Positions 1 to 14,419 are shown, counted from the first letter of the stretch. The stretch is 64,000 nt of DNA from Paramecium tetraurelia (GCA_000165425.1 CT868671.1:439027-503026); one strand, 5' to 3'. The notes: generated from the sequence alone by a model not told the origin. A program made the numbers and translations.

Positions 1-1406
1 CAGTTGGTATTTAAAAAATAGGACTTTTAGTTGATTTATTTACAAGGGTTTCAATGAAGTTATAGAGCTAACTCAAGAACTTAGATATATATGCACTATT
101 CACCTTGGTATCTTTGTCATGTCCTGACATTATGCAAAGAGATACATTCAATTTAAATAATGTATACAAAATAAGTGTGAGTTATTCAAATGCAGTTAAA
201 CTATTTAAAGTATACAAAATTATTGATTATTAGGAACTCATCAACATGCAGAGTGATAAGGGAGATATTTTGTGTCATGATGATGATCAAGCACCAATTT
301 TAATAATAAATAGCATATTTGAAAGTAAGTGAATTTAATATCAATTTGATCAGATCATTCCATATTGAATTATAAAGCATTTAATGATAAAATTAAATCA
401 GAAACTCCTCTTATTTCTAAGATCGTTAAAAATTATATCGCAGGAAAATTTATTAACAAAGCTTTGAGGAATTAATTACCAAAATTGAATCCTAGTGAAC
501 TTATGAATAAATAACTAATAGGTATTAAATAATAATTAAATAAACCAAGCATTACTTAATTTGAGTGTACCTTGGTTTTAGAAATGCATAGCACTTAATC
601 AGATGTATAAATATGAATTGGATTCTGGACAGCAATATAATTTTAATGTCTTAGGAAATTGTTTACTTTAAGCTAAAGGGCCAAATATGATTTTGTTTAG
701 ACATTCCCAAAAAGATAAAGATGGAGATAAATAAGAGAAATACGTATTTGGTTATTTCTCACCTTCGTAATGGAGAGTTTCTCCTGATATATCTGGAAAT
801 AAGGGATCATTCATATTCTCCATCCATCCCAAATTCAAAATCTTCTCAACTAATGGTCAATAATAAAGTAAATTTGCTTTGCTCGTTCCAATAATTACTA
901 AGAGACAAAGCCAAACTCTCCATTCCCCACTTAGATAAGGGCCAAAATAGCCTGGACTAGGTATAGGAGGTAGTGGGTATGATCATCACAGAATTTGGAT
1001 AGATGGTAAATAACTCTAAGCAAGTAGACTTGTGGAAGAAGACAAGACATTTTAAAGTGGTTAGATATTACCTGAAGACATACATTTACTTAATGTAAGT
1101 ATTTTAATTTATTCTTGTTAGATTGATTTGATAGAAATTTGGGATCTCTAATTAAGTACTGTAGGATAAGGCACTTCTTATTTTAAATCAGCATCCCCAT
1201 AAATACATTTTAGTGAGGATGAGAAGAGGGTTAACTAAACTTAATTGAGGGATTTAATTATTAATTTGAATCAACAATAAGGGAGAAATGATTATGTATT
1301 AAATGCATTTAATAGCTTTTAGAGAAGAGATACAAAGGAATTTTAGACTAGCAATCCTTTACTTCCCATAAATGAAGAAGAAGAAGAAAAATAATAAGCA
1401 AAGTGA
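1..1406 (+). CDS. TLDc-domain protein (5' partial)
   Basis: Ciliate-code translation GPNMILFRH..YVFGYFSPSQW..GNKGSFIFSIHPKF..GLGIGG..RIWID..LIEIWD matches the TLDc pattern; tiny introns; TGA at 1404-1406. Confidence 0.75.
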
Positions 1407-2158
1407 TATTTTTATCTTATATAATTAAAATATAATTTATGGAATCACCAGTTTTATCAAAGCAATTAGAATTGTCAGAATTGAGATAGATAATCAAAAA
1501 TAGATTCTCCTTTGATAGAAGGAAAGTAATATTCTTTACTTTAAATTCTTGTTTATTGGGATTGGCTGTTTTTAGTTTATTTTCTGCCATCACTCTTGAA
1601 AGCAATTCATAAATCTTTAGAATTAGAACTTATCTGACAGATCAAAATTTATCTAACAGAGAATAGGCTAGAAAATTGGAGACTATATTGATTTCCATAA
1701 AATATAGCTTAATTATGCACAATTGTAGCTTCGATTATTGGGTATTATGGAATATATCAAAAATCTTAAAAAGTAATTGCTAAGTGAATATATTTAGATC
1801 TTACATCTATTCCCCATCAGCTTAGGAATCAGTTTGGCCTTCAGAACAATTGCTACTATAGTCATCATCTCTTACTTTAATACAATTAAATCAGTATCAA
1901 ATTATTGAAAATATAGGTCTTTGAAGAAGAAGTAGGTACTTTTATTACTTTACAAATTTTATTTTTGGCTTTCAATTGGTTGTTTTGTGTTTTCGCTTAT
2001 CAGCAATTCAAGAAGGCTTAAGTTGAATATCATATTGTCACTAAGGATAGGGAGAGATTAATTATGGATAATAATATGGCTTATGAATTAATTAAGAAAA
2101 TCATAAAAAATTGATTTATTGTGTTATAATACATATACGCATTAATATTTTACATAAG

Positions 2159-2881
2159 TCACGACTTATTAAAATAAAAATAATCCTATGGGTTTACTAT
2201 TTTACTCAAAATATCGCCTATTACTGATAGATATTTAATTTTATCTTGTAGATTCGATCTCAATATTTGTGCATATGCATGCTTTTAAAAAAATTCAATT
2301 GACAAAGTTTAAAAAAGAGATTTGAAAATATCGTATATTCTTTTAGTATTTGATGGATTTGAATAACATAACATAAGCATCTCTTCCAATGCTTTAATTT
2401 CTATTGAATTGATCCAGGCCCAGAAATGTGGTAATAGGTTTTGGTTATCAGCAAAATATAACTTTACCTTTTCAATTGACGATGTATCTTCAATAATAAA
2501 TTTCATCTGACTCTTAATTAAATATAATTTTATTAAGGTATCTTCATTACTATCTTATTATCTTGAAGTTCCTTGTTTTTGGTATTATATTTAAGAAATG
2601 AGATTATTGACAGCTTCTGACTATTCTTGCTTAACAACTTTAGTTTCCCCAATCTGATTCAGAATCTTGTTTTGCTACGCTTATTAAATGAGCTATTATA
2701 AAAAACTTAAAGGTATTGTAACAGCTGGACTGTAGCATTTTTAAAATGGGAATTATAAATTAAGTTATGGATATTTAGTTGTTTGATTCTAAGAGCCACT
2801 CTATTCATGCTAATTTTGAACAATCCTAATTGGAGCCACTTTCACTGTCTTCTTATTTTCTTAATATGGTTCAAAACTCAT
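2159..2881 (-). CDS. hypothetical protein
   Basis: ATG at 2881 (MSFEPYQENKK), ORF includes track peptide MKFIIEDT..KSLF and ends YFNKS-TGA. Confidence 0.6.
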
Positions 2882-3657
2882 AAAACTAGATTTTTTAAAT
2901 TTGTGTATTTACTTTTTTTAAAAATATTTTAATTATATAAAATATTTATATAATTAAATGTATAGAGAGATTAAACAATAGAAAATATTAAACAACTACC
3001 ATTTGCTTGAGATTGTCTAATTATATGATAATAATTACATATACAGGGTTTGCTTGTCATTGATCAATCTTTTTTCATTAATTTATCAAACTAAAGAAAT
3101 ACATTTAATTCTATCACAAAATATATTATATATTTGTTCGATGCCAAACGTTCCAATTACTATTAGTAATTCTTATAAAGTTATTATAATTAATGTAAGT
3201 TCCAATTTATTGGGGAATTTTGGATGTTTAAGAATAAAAAATAATAAATAGTTTATTAGATATTCTTTGTCATAAGAATTGATTGTTTTCTTGAATAATT
3301 CTTGTATTTGGATGAATTATATTGAATTTTTTCTATTTCGCTTAAATTTCGATTCAATCAATAAAAAGTCATAGAATTTCACTTTTTCAAGGTTCTGCTA
3401 AAGTGGAAAGTTTAAAAGATATGAAATTATTGGTAGCACAATAAATATTAAACTAATAAAATTGATGAATCAATTAACATCTGCAAGTATCTTAACATAT
3501 GAAATTACTATTTTTCTTTTTGTAATTTTAATTCTATAAGCTAATAATATTTGATTATAATGTTTAATCATATTCTATAAGTAAAATGAAATATTATAAA
3601 TAATAATATATGTCTGCAAATACTATTAATTAATTTATTAGATTTATTGTAGAATAA

Positions 3658-4618
3658 ATGATGGATTAACAAATAGATGTTGCAGCATAACATTTAAATC
3701 TTTTAATGATATTTTTCGAAGAATATCGTGAACTTGATTTAAAATTATAAAACCCATACAGTTTAGTAAGCATTTTATCCTTTTAATATTGTTGTACTCT
3801 TTATTTGACATTGCTCAACCCTTACTCGAATACAAGGATTTAAATCACACGAATACTTTGGATTCCATTACATATATTATATGTAATGCTTTTTTGGTCT
3901 ACGTATAAATCTATTGTTACCGATCCTGGGAGAGTATTTTTCATATTAAATTCAGGTTCCCAAGAATTATGGTATGTTTTTTGAGGATTAAGAAATTAAA
4001 AAAAAAAAATATTGTTTAAGATGTCGTCAATTTAAGCCTTAACGTTGTTATCACTGTGAAAGGTAAAATAATATTATGTTCTTAGGTGTAAAAGATGTGT
4101 CGTAAATATGGATTTTCATAGTTTTTGGTATGGAAATTGTATTGGGTTTTTTAATCGCAAATTTCATATTTTGGGACAATTTTACTTTAGTTTGTCTACA
4201 ACTTTAAGCCTAGTAATAGCAAGTTTATAGACAATAGATATACTTTTTAAAGATTAAGAACCGCAAATTTAGAGCAAAAGTATTATACCTATTCTCATAT
4301 TGTAATAAATTAATAGATCATAGATCATTTTATTTATTTGTTGTTTTTATTAGTATCTCAATAAGCTTTATACTATATCTTAAATTAGTGATCACTAATA
4401 AAACAATTATTGATCTAAGAAGGTTTGAAATGTATTAACATAACGAGAACCAAATAAATGAGTATGATATTAGGTATAGTATTAATTTATCTTTTATTGT
4501 TAAGGAGAATTGGTTTCAAGTTATGGGTACTAATCCTTGGTTATGGCCATTTCCAATGTTTGGAGAAAGTGGAAGACCAAAAGGGGATGGACTTACATGG
4601 TAGCACATTCAAAATTGA
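3658..4618 (+). CDS. zDHHC palmitoyltransferase-like protein with degenerate DHHC (DFHS)
   Basis: TDPGRVP, YCLRCRQFKPQRCYHCERCKRCVVNMDFHSFWYGNCIGFFNRKF, C-terminal ENWFQVMGTNPWLWPFP..GDG; several tiny introns. Confidence 0.85.
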
Positions 4619-4712
4619 TAAAACTTAATACTAAGAAAATTAAGATGATAAAAATAATAATTATTAAAAATATTAATATTTCCCACCCTTTATTTTCTTT
4701 TAATTAATAAAA

Positions 4713-5396
4713 ATGGAGGCTAATTAAGTAAACGACTAAGTCATAAAATAGTTATTATATTCAAAAAAGGTATGTATATGAGGCAATAATTAGTATAAAG
4801 AATTAATCGAAGCAGGTTCGCAATTGGGATTGGTGAAATCGTATTAGAAAATGAAATATGATGGGATAATTTATTCAGTGGGCTAAATAGTTTAATTATC
4901 GATTGATGGGAACAGGGATAAGAAAACATATGGAAAGTTAATAGGGTTTTGTAATTTATAAGTGGATGAGTATTTGATACCCATGATCAAAGTGTAAAAG
5001 TATATTAATAAATTGGAATTGCCCTCAAAGTTAAAGGAGTTATAGGAAGGGATAAGTGAGTTTGAACTGTTTTAGTCAGAGATGGAGGAATGGTTATTTT
5101 GCACTTAGATTGATCATGAAATAAAGTTGATATCGATTAAGGAATACGAGGAAATGACAATTTAAAATGAGAGAACATATTTCACGAGGGCAGATTATAA
5201 TGTAGAGAAGGATAAGTTTACCCCTCCGATTTCAAAGTGGACAAGAATCTGTATTTGCAATCAAATATCAAATCCTGATAAATCATACATTCAATGTGAC
5301 AAATGTTCTAAATGGTTACATTACGAATGTGCTGGTGTTTAAGCCTAATAGGCATAAGACATGAACTTTTATTGTTCAATGTGCAGAAAGAAATGA
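4713..5396 (+). CDS. BAH-PHD chromatin reader (EBS/SHL-like architecture)
   Basis: BAH-like YSVGQIV..EFELFQS..TYFTRADYN followed by PHD CICNQISNPDKSYIQCDKCSKWLHYECAG..FYCSMC; one intron near 4770. Confidence 0.8.
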
Positions 5397-5459
5397 CTTA
5401 GAATTTCGATGACTATATATCTATAATAATTTTCTAAATTATTGTCATCTAAATAAATA

Positions 5460-6484
5460 TCATTTGGAATATAAATTCATAATATTAATGGGCCCATTTG
5501 ATTGAATTGGTTGTTATTATTTTTATTGTTAATATTGGAATTACTATTACTACAATTGTTATTATTAATAAAAGTGTTAATAATTTTATTGCTAATTATA
5601 AAACCCATTATTTTATTACTATCCCAAATTAGACAAATAAGCATAATTCGAGTTCTTATTAGGTATTATTTGTTATGACTGTTATGTCTATTGCTATTCT
5701 GATTTGTAGAGTGTTAGTATGTCAAGAGAAGGTAGTGAATGGGTTGGTTGATCAATATTTGGAGTCGATTGTACAAATTCACTGAAATCCTTCTCAGGTG
5801 ACAATGATCGAGTGGTACCTTAATGAGTATTTTATCCATGGATTTCCTCGACTTAGACAGCTGGTTTTTTGACTCCAAAGAAGTCATCATCCAAATCAAT
5901 CAAATCACCCAATTTCACCTTAGGTTCCTCTACTTTAGTTTCTTATTGATTAAAATAGAAAGGCTTGACTGATCTAATTAAGAATATCAGATAAATACTA
6001 CGTTTTGGTTAGAATGTATTGTTATTTGGGATCAGGACATGATATTTGAGGTATGAATCTCTTTCTAACATACTTCTCTTGGACAAATCTAATTAATGAA
6101 TCTAGACCTTAATTGATAGTAGGTTTGCTATTTGATGAATATTTTGAATCATTTACATAAAATCCTTTGGCATTTTATTTTCCCAATATGAATTTGCAGT
6201 CCCATTACCGATAGATTCCATAATATCAATATTTTCTTAATACCATCCATCAATATTAGTCGACCTTACTCTAGTGACACTGGGACCCAATGTTCTATGA
6301 GCCCCTAATGAATGAAAATTGAAGTTAAACCTGCGCAGTCCATGCAAATAAAAATTCCATAGTCTAAACTAACCCAACGAGGTCCCTTTGTTGCACAGTC
6401 AGCACAATTTAAATTTTCTGGTCTTTTTAGAATTAAACCAAATATTTTTTCTTGTGCTTTGGCTGGTATGTATTGTTTATTCAT
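5460..6484 (-). CDS. ArfGAP (Arf GTPase-activating protein, SMAP/Gts1-like)
   Basis: PENLNCADCATKGPRWVSLDYGIFICMDCAGAHRTLGPSVTRVRS..GN..ANSYWE..FVQEKY; Q-rich tail. Confidence 0.92.
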
Positions 6485-6564
6485 TTTATTTGAAATTATA
6501 ACTTCTATAAATATTTTAATGATTTTTTGAGCTCTTAAAGTTTAGAATTACCATCATCTATTCA

Positions 6565-8784
6565 ATGTCCAAATTATAATAATACCTCTCTGACCTTAAA
6601 ACCCATTAAGAAGAAGAAATTGAAATTTAGATCGATTATCCCAATAAACCAGAAAATAGTGATGATTCGGATGATGAACAGAATGAAATTCTTAATGAGA
6701 TACTTAAATGTATGCAAAAAGGATTATCAGAAAGGGTCTTTGACTTTGAGATAGGCAATTCAATCAGATTGATCGAAATAGATGATATGAATAAAAGTGC
6801 CCTTTATCTCGACGCCTTGGCTTGGCTCTATTCCAACCGAGTGGATAGAACCTACGTGGAGAGTCTTAAATTGAAAGTTAATTTGCTAAGAGTCTATGAC
6901 ACTACTACAGTTCCAAATGCTCCTCCCTAAAAGAAGAGCAAACAATAGCTAGCTTAATAAGTCGCATAAAAGGCTATTTATATCAATCGGAACATGGAAC
7001 TTAAAGAGATAACCAAATATGGTGAATCCACTCTTGATTTCAAACCTTATACTCATCAATATGATACACTTCAAATCAATCCCTTCTTCAATTAGACAAG
7101 CAAGTCTTTGGACATGCAAGAATTGACCACTTTAATTATATACAACCCTTAATTCGATGAGAATCTAGCCATTATCATTGATCCTGATTAACTATTAAAG
7201 GTAAATGAATAGAACAAGTAAATCTTGACAGGCTTTATTAAGTTAGAAATCGATACTTCAGTCTTAGATTACTCTAACTTAATGTCCAAACAATTCAAAA
7301 TGAGTTTCAATGAAATCAATGATTTCAGAGAGAGATACAAGTATTTACTTAATAAAAAGGATGCTTAAACTGTCAAAATTGAAAAAAGCTAATAAACTGC
7401 CATTGAAAAGTTTCTCAATGATTTCCGAGTTTACGATGAAAAGTTGATGTAGGCCTAACAAACTATAGATCAATAATAATAATCCTTAACCTAATTAAGT
7501 GTAGAGGAACAATAATTCTTAAGTCTGAATCAGCAATACTAATAATAGCTTAAAATTAATCCAACTGAAATAGATGATGACTAATAAGATGTATATCTAA
7601 GGAAGAAAATAGAGTAGATGAATTTTGAACAGCAATTTCTAGGCGAAAATCCAAATTAAAATTAGATTCAACAAGTGAATTAAATGGATGTTGAGGAGTT
7701 CAATAATTAATTGCCTGAATTGATGTCAGAACCCTTTGCAGAAGATTAAATAAATGATAATAATAATCCTTTATTAACTGAAGAACAGAAGCAATTGCAA
7801 TAGGAATAGTTTTAAATCTATTAAGAAAAGAAAAAGGCTTTATAGGAATAATTTTAAAGGCAACAAAGAGAGGCAGCAGAAAAATAGTAATAAATTCAAG
7901 AAGAATTGAAATAACTTAGTTATTAATAACAATTCCAAGATATATTTAATGATGTAAATGCCCCAGTTGATGAGTGGGATTTAGAATAGGAAGAGGAATT
8001 TGATTAAGATCTTGCACCTTATGAAGAATAGTAATAAATACAAAAAAATAATAATCAATCGTAAGCAGCTTAGTAGCAATAAACAAATGTCAAGAAAAAA
8101 CAAAAGAAAGTGTATCCAGATACATTTAATTTTGATGATGCAGCAGAACTAAATAGATTTCTTATTTTAAATACTGTTGGAAACACTTAAAGGGATTTCG
8201 GTTAAAGAGAGTTAACTTTGAAATGCTTAGCTGATAACTGTTAGGATTTTGATTATTATAGATATTTTGAATATTTTACAAGGGAATACACTGGATTTTT
8301 GGAAGAAGAAGAACAATAGCTACCTGTTCCTTTTACAGAACCGGAAAGTTTTGGATTAGACGAAATAAATATCTAAGTATAATTAGAAGAGACCAATTAA
8401 ATGATAGAGACATATTAGAATAATTTAGATTTCTATATATTACCATTTAAAGTATAGGCTAACAATAATAATGAACCTATTACAATTAAACAATTGCAAG
8501 TCATATTGGAGAGAGTAATAGATGAAATCAAAGGTCAAGTTGAATTTATTAAAATCGAAAAAACTATGCCTTTGATTATGAATGAAAAGATAAATAAGAG
8601 TAAATTATTTGCAGCGCTTCTGTTTGTAGCTAAAAATAAAGGATACAGATTAGAACAGAAAAATAATTCATTCAAAGATATCTTAATTATAAAAAATGAT
8701 GGTATGTAAACGATCGAAATAGATAATGAGGATTAAAATCGGAATGAAACTTTAATTGATGTAGCTATGCAAATTGAAAGATGA
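6565..8784 (+). CDS. condensin kleisin subunit (Cnd2/Barren/CAP-H family)
   Basis: N-terminal SALYLDALAWLYSNRVDRTYVESLKL, INPFFNQTSKSLD, C-terminal winged-helix-like LFAALLFVAKNKGYRLEQ..DILI. Confidence 0.75.
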
Positions 8785-8825
8785 TTGTTATAAATACTAA
8801 ATAATATAATTAATTAATTATTCAA

Positions 8826-10853
8826 TCAATATAAGAATGGAAGTTCTTAAATTTCTTATGTTAATTTAATTCAGAGATTTATATTCCAAAGTAGTTGAAA
8901 ATTGTATTAAGAAGTTGACAACTTTTTGAAGTCACTTTCATTTCAGATGATTCTTCAATTTGTTGTACCATGTTTATAATGTCATCAACTTATATGAACA
9001 ATCCCTCTAATTATTTTATTGAAAAATACCTTCAAGAATGTATTACAATTATTCCAAAATATATTAAGTAGTTGCATCAGATAATTTAAAATCATGAACC
9101 AAATTTTAATGCCATTCTCTTTACTCCTTATTTCGAAAAAAGAAATTCTGGCGTGCTTTTTCAGCAACTTTTCTTAATTTTTAGATTTTCTCTTATCTCT
9201 AATTCTAATTTGCTGTAAAAGACCTTGATCTTATGCTGGAAGTTAAAGGGCGATCCTTATGTAAGGTTGAAACCAATTAGGTGAATTTATCATTGAATTT
9301 CATCCTAGTAGTGTAGAAATCTAGATATAAATGGAATACTTACCTTAGCATTGTTTCACTAGTTTAACTTCATTGTTATTGACTTTCTAGATAAATTTTT
9401 GATTATATTATTGTTTTACGAATTTATGGTTTTATTTGCTTATATAACCTTACTATCTTGACAAATGGAGTTCAGGGAATTCCATTTTTGAATAAGTATC
9501 ATCCTCTTCACAAGTGGTAACATCATTGATCTTTTATGATATTCTATCCACGAAGGATTAAGGAGAAGCATTTCTAAGACTCAATTTTCTGGATTAGGTT
9601 TCATTGATATGAGAATTTTGACATGTTTCTCTGGAATCCTCTTTTCTTAATCTAACTAATGGAGTGTAGGGTTTCAATAATTATCCATCAATCATTGAGA
9701 TTATGTATTCTCTATGTCCCTTACTTGTATTCAATTTATTGATATCAAAGCTCTGGTGTAATTTTTGAATGGAGCCTTAATTGTTTTTGGCTATGAAAAC
9801 TTCCCTCTAAGATTCTTTGATATTCTATTTATATTGTGCTTTGTCTATTCTACTTATTCTTTGTTTTTCTCTAAAATATTTAAATAATTGATTTACTTCT
9901 AGTATTGTTATAAATAATTATCGACTTCGCTTTGTTGAAGTGTAGATTCCTCCTTTCTAGGAGAGGACTTGGTAGAGTTCATCTGACTAATATTGGATTT
10001 AGATTTGTTTTTAAGTTTTCTTTTCATTTCCTTCAATTAAGCCAAATTTAATTGATTCATTTCTTATAATTTTGGAATGTGATAATTGAAATTGTCAATT
10101 CTAATATAATTAATATATAATGGATTACATTTATTGGAATTCATCGAATTGGTTTCTACTTCTCTTGTATTAATCAAGATTCAACTTCTTTCTAAGTTCC
10201 TGTATCAAATTTTAGTATTTCAAAGTTCTATCAGAACTGATACTATCTGGTTCTTGTAATAATTTAAGTTTTAGATCATAGGATGAAGTTAGAACTTCGT
10301 CTAAAAGCTTTAATGGGATCTATTTCCATTCTGAAATGGATGGTTACATTTTATCTAAGAGGATATCATTTTTATTAATCTATTTTTTCCATTCATTGAT
10401 GGTTTTTTATTTGTCATCAAATTCAGATGATTTAAGGCGTTTGAGTTTTTCTTTCTTATCATACGTATTGTTTTCCACCTGGTCTACATATGTCTCAAAG
10501 ATATTTAGGAGTATCTATAATTAATTCAATTCTAGCTATTGTTATTTATTCATTCCATGTCTATTGTTCTGTACATAAATCACTAATGTTTTTAAATATT
10601 ATAATTCTAATTTTATTTATGCTCTGCACTCATCCAATTTTGATAATAAAATCCACTTTGTAGTGGTCTCCTTTTTAATCACTTTGTAAACTTTTTAGCA
10701 ATCCTGTAAATCCTGCAATCTCAAATCTCTTGCGTCATAATGCTCAATTACATTTTTAGTAATCTTATTAGCTTCCTACAAATTGTTTTCTTATTAATAA
10801 CCACTTCTCAGCTTTGGAACTATCTGAACAGTTTGTGTTTTGATACCACTCAT
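8826..10853 (-). CDS. hypothetical coiled-coil protein
   Basis: ATG at 10853 (MSGIKTQTVQIVPKL), long ciliate-code frame with tiny introns; end approximate. Confidence 0.5.
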
Positions 10854-11598
10854 AGTAACTGAAATATTAAAATATTTAATATTTATATATATTAAATTGA
10901 GACCTAAAATATACATCTCCATATGCTAAATTGTAATCACTTGATTTAAATCAAGATGGGTATTGAAACTTTGGCAAGAAGTACTCATCTAGGAGATCAA
11001 GAATAATAAAAATCAAATGCCAAAATCACTAATAATGCATTAATCGAATAATATTTAAGATATAAAAGATGCTCTAGACAAATGATAAATCCAATCTTAT
11101 TGTCAATCACCCTGCTTTATTGTAGGTATAATCCTTATTCTGAAAAGGTCGATAAGGAGAAATTGACAAAGTGAAAATGATACTATGTTGAATTTAGTTA
11201 TTCTATAAATTACTATTAAGCAAAAAGAGAATTTTTATGACTTGTATAGAAAGTGAAGGCTGGCAATTGTAAAAAGCTCTTATCAATATTTGTGTTATCA
11301 CCACTTACTAAGGTCTAATCATATGGCTATAGGCAAACTATTCCATTTGAATTATTCAAATAAGAGATATAAAAAATATATCTGATGAATATATTATTGA
11401 GCAATTTGTATATTATATAATTAATAATCCTAAAGGAATATCATTTTTATATTATTCTTATTAGGAAGATATTATAAAATATGTTTTCATGGACTAGATC
11501 TACATTAATAATAGAGATAGCTTCAATTGTAAAACTTTTTATTTTATTTTAATTGATAATAATTATTGTAATTAAATTATATCATTAATTGACATAAG

Positions 11599-12605
11599 AT
11601 GGTAAATTCATGAATTCCACGTATTTTAGGCATCTCTTTTGAATATGGTTTAAGGGTAACCGATAATTGAAGTCTCATTAGATGGAATAGAGACTCGCAA
11701 ACACACAAGATTTACGGACAAATAATTAGGAGCCTTGAAATTACCTGTTTACACTGTAATTAGATTATAGATTCTTAAAATTTAGGGTGACGATGATATA
11801 TCTGGTGTGGTGGAAGTTAAGATGAATAAATAGAAGAAAATTGAACATATGGGTATAAGAATTGAATTGGTTGGACGCATAGGTAATAGTAAAATTAAAT
11901 TATCAAGAAATTATTAATGATTAAAAACAGAGTTCAGATTTTATGTCAATGTCCAGAGAATTAGAACCTTAAGGAATCCTATTTGAAGAACAAAGCTTAT
12001 AAATTTTAATTTTAGAAGTTCGAAAAGCAAAATGAGAGTTATTATGGCAATACCGTGAGATTAAGATATTACTTAAAGATTTACATGACCAGAAGTTATG
12101 GTAAAGTATAAAAGGAAGTGGATTTTGCAGTATTAATCTCCTAACCAGAATTAGAAGAACAACCCTAAACATCTTTGAAATTAGAAGTATAGATCAAATC
12201 TTAAATTAGGTTGGTATTGAAGAGTGTTTGCATATCGATTTTGAATATTTCAAGAGTAAATATCATTTGAGAGATGTCGTAACAGGAAAGGTTAATTTCT
12301 ATTTGGTCAAAATCAAAATTAAATATATGGAATTGGCTGTGATCAGAAAAGAACAATATGGTCAAGGTCAACAACAATAGACAGACAATGAGACACTTGT
12401 AAAATACGAATTGATGGATGGTTGTCCATAAAAAGGAGAAGTGATTCCAATCAGATTATATCTAAGTGGAGTTGATATAACACCATCTGTTAAGAATGTT
12501 AATGGCAAATTTAGTGTTAAATACATCCTGAATTTGATTTTAGTGGATGAAGATGATAGAAGATATTTTAAATAACAAGAGATAACAATTTATAGAAAGA
12601 AATGA
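11599..12605 (+). CDS. VPS26: retromer subunit VPS26
   Basis: [88 protein letters not shown]; four introns. Confidence 0.97.
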
Positions 12606-12615
12606 TGTATTAATA

Positions 12616-14355
12616 TCATTATAACACATCTATACAAGTCATTAAATCATTATTATCATTACTATTGTATATACTATACTCTATTTTATTATTCAACTAT
12701 ATCACTTAGTGATCTTATTCTATTATCATTTTCTCTTCTCCCTTTACTCTAACCCTATATGATTAATTCAATTTTCTCTGACAATCCACTATACATCTAT
12801 TCAGCCAATCCTAAAAGGAATCTTTATGCATCCTCCACATTATTTGCAAAATAAAATTAACAAAAATTTTATTGCTATAACAACTATTACTGAATCTATT
12901 ATTGTTGCATCATTTAATATTAAATGTTTTTGAATTCCTATTCATTTGATAGAATTGCTTCATTCGCATCTATAAATGAAGTATCTAATACTATTTCTTA
13001 GGATAATTCAGTAGGACTTTATGAGAATCTATGGTTATGACTTTGAGTAGTTGTGACTTGATCTTTCTTATTTAAGTAAAATTGTTGCAGAAAATGGTAT
13101 TGTTTATTTATTTTCTACTATTTCTCTTAATATCTTAAATTAGAATTAATAAGGATTTAAATCTAACTCTAGAAACATAAAAAGTTAACATTACTTCCAA
13201 ATTTTCACAATGTCTTTCTAGTTCATTATTGGTAGTTTCAAGTGTTTTATTCAAAGTCATTTCTCTTTGGTAGTTCTTTTTGAGTCCTTCTAACGCTTAA
13301 TCATACTATTTCAATTTATCCAATAGGTTTGCATCAGTCGCCTTTCTCATATCTTATGCTTATTAAGTTTATCTTTTGGCATTCAATTCCTATATTATTA
13401 TTGCTTAGCTGAGATTAAGTTTAGGAATATCCTATGCATTTTTAATCTTTTAACTCTCTTATTAAGGTTTGCAGTTTTCTAGTTTAACTGGCAAGGGTGA
13501 TGCCAAAGGAGAATTATCAACTGAAGACAGACCTTCTGATTCTGATGAATATATATTTTCATCCTTTTTCATTGCATAAAGGATATTTTATTAGACTAAA
13601 TACACTATAATAGAGAAGTACATTTAATTAATTGATTAGGCTATGGATCCATCTACTGTTGTTGTTATAAAATAACTTTGTTGCCATTTGATATCAAGGC
13701 AGCATTTTTTATTGAGATAAGATTTGTAATCAATTTCTAAATTTAAAATAAAATTTACTAGATTTAAGCCTTGTAATTGCCTTTTTTAGGCCTCAATTTT
13801 TTTATTCTTTTTAATTTATAAAATCAACAGATCATTAAGTGTTTCAATTTAATCATGAAATTCTTTATTGATTTTGTTAGTATCAGTAATCTATTTATAT
13901 TTAATCAGGATGCCAGACTATTCATCAAATTCTGGCTTTAAAAATTCTAATTTGCATAATTAAGATTCGGCCTTGCTTAAATTATTTTATAATGTAGTAA
14001 TTTTGTTTTGTAGTGATACAATTAATTCTTTTTCATGTCTTTATGCTTCTTCAGTGATTTATTAATTGATTAATACTTAGTTTTAAGCTTGATTTCTTTC
14101 ATTTATAAGTTTCTCTATTTAAGAGTTTAATTTGGCATTTTCTTCTTAAAGATTCTTGAGGACCATAAGTAAGGCCTTATTTTACTCTTCGTTATTTTAA
14201 GGAGTCATTATTTTTAAGGCCTTTTTGTTGAGTTGAAGGAGATTGTTGAGCTCCTTGAGTTGGTCAGTCAACTGTTTGTTTTCTTATTTCAAATAATCAA
14301 TAAGTTCTTAATGTGAATTATTAGTAATGTATTAATAAGTATTAGTGGATTTCAT
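12616..14355 (-). CDS. hypothetical coiled-coil protein
   Basis: ATG at 14355, Q/E/K/L heptad-rich frame; 3' end approximate. Confidence 0.5.
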
Positions 14356-14419
14356 ATTAATAATAATAATAATATTAATGATAAAGAGTTAATGATGGAT
14401 TGAGCCATAAAGTGTACGA

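Noticed and set aside
1430..2140. Possible minus-strand gene between the TLDc gene and the next ORF
   Set aside because: No consistent frame or recognisable motif; may be a remnant
10950..11530. Kinase-like fragments (YSEKVD, MAIGKL)
   Set aside because: Too short and discontinuous to support a call
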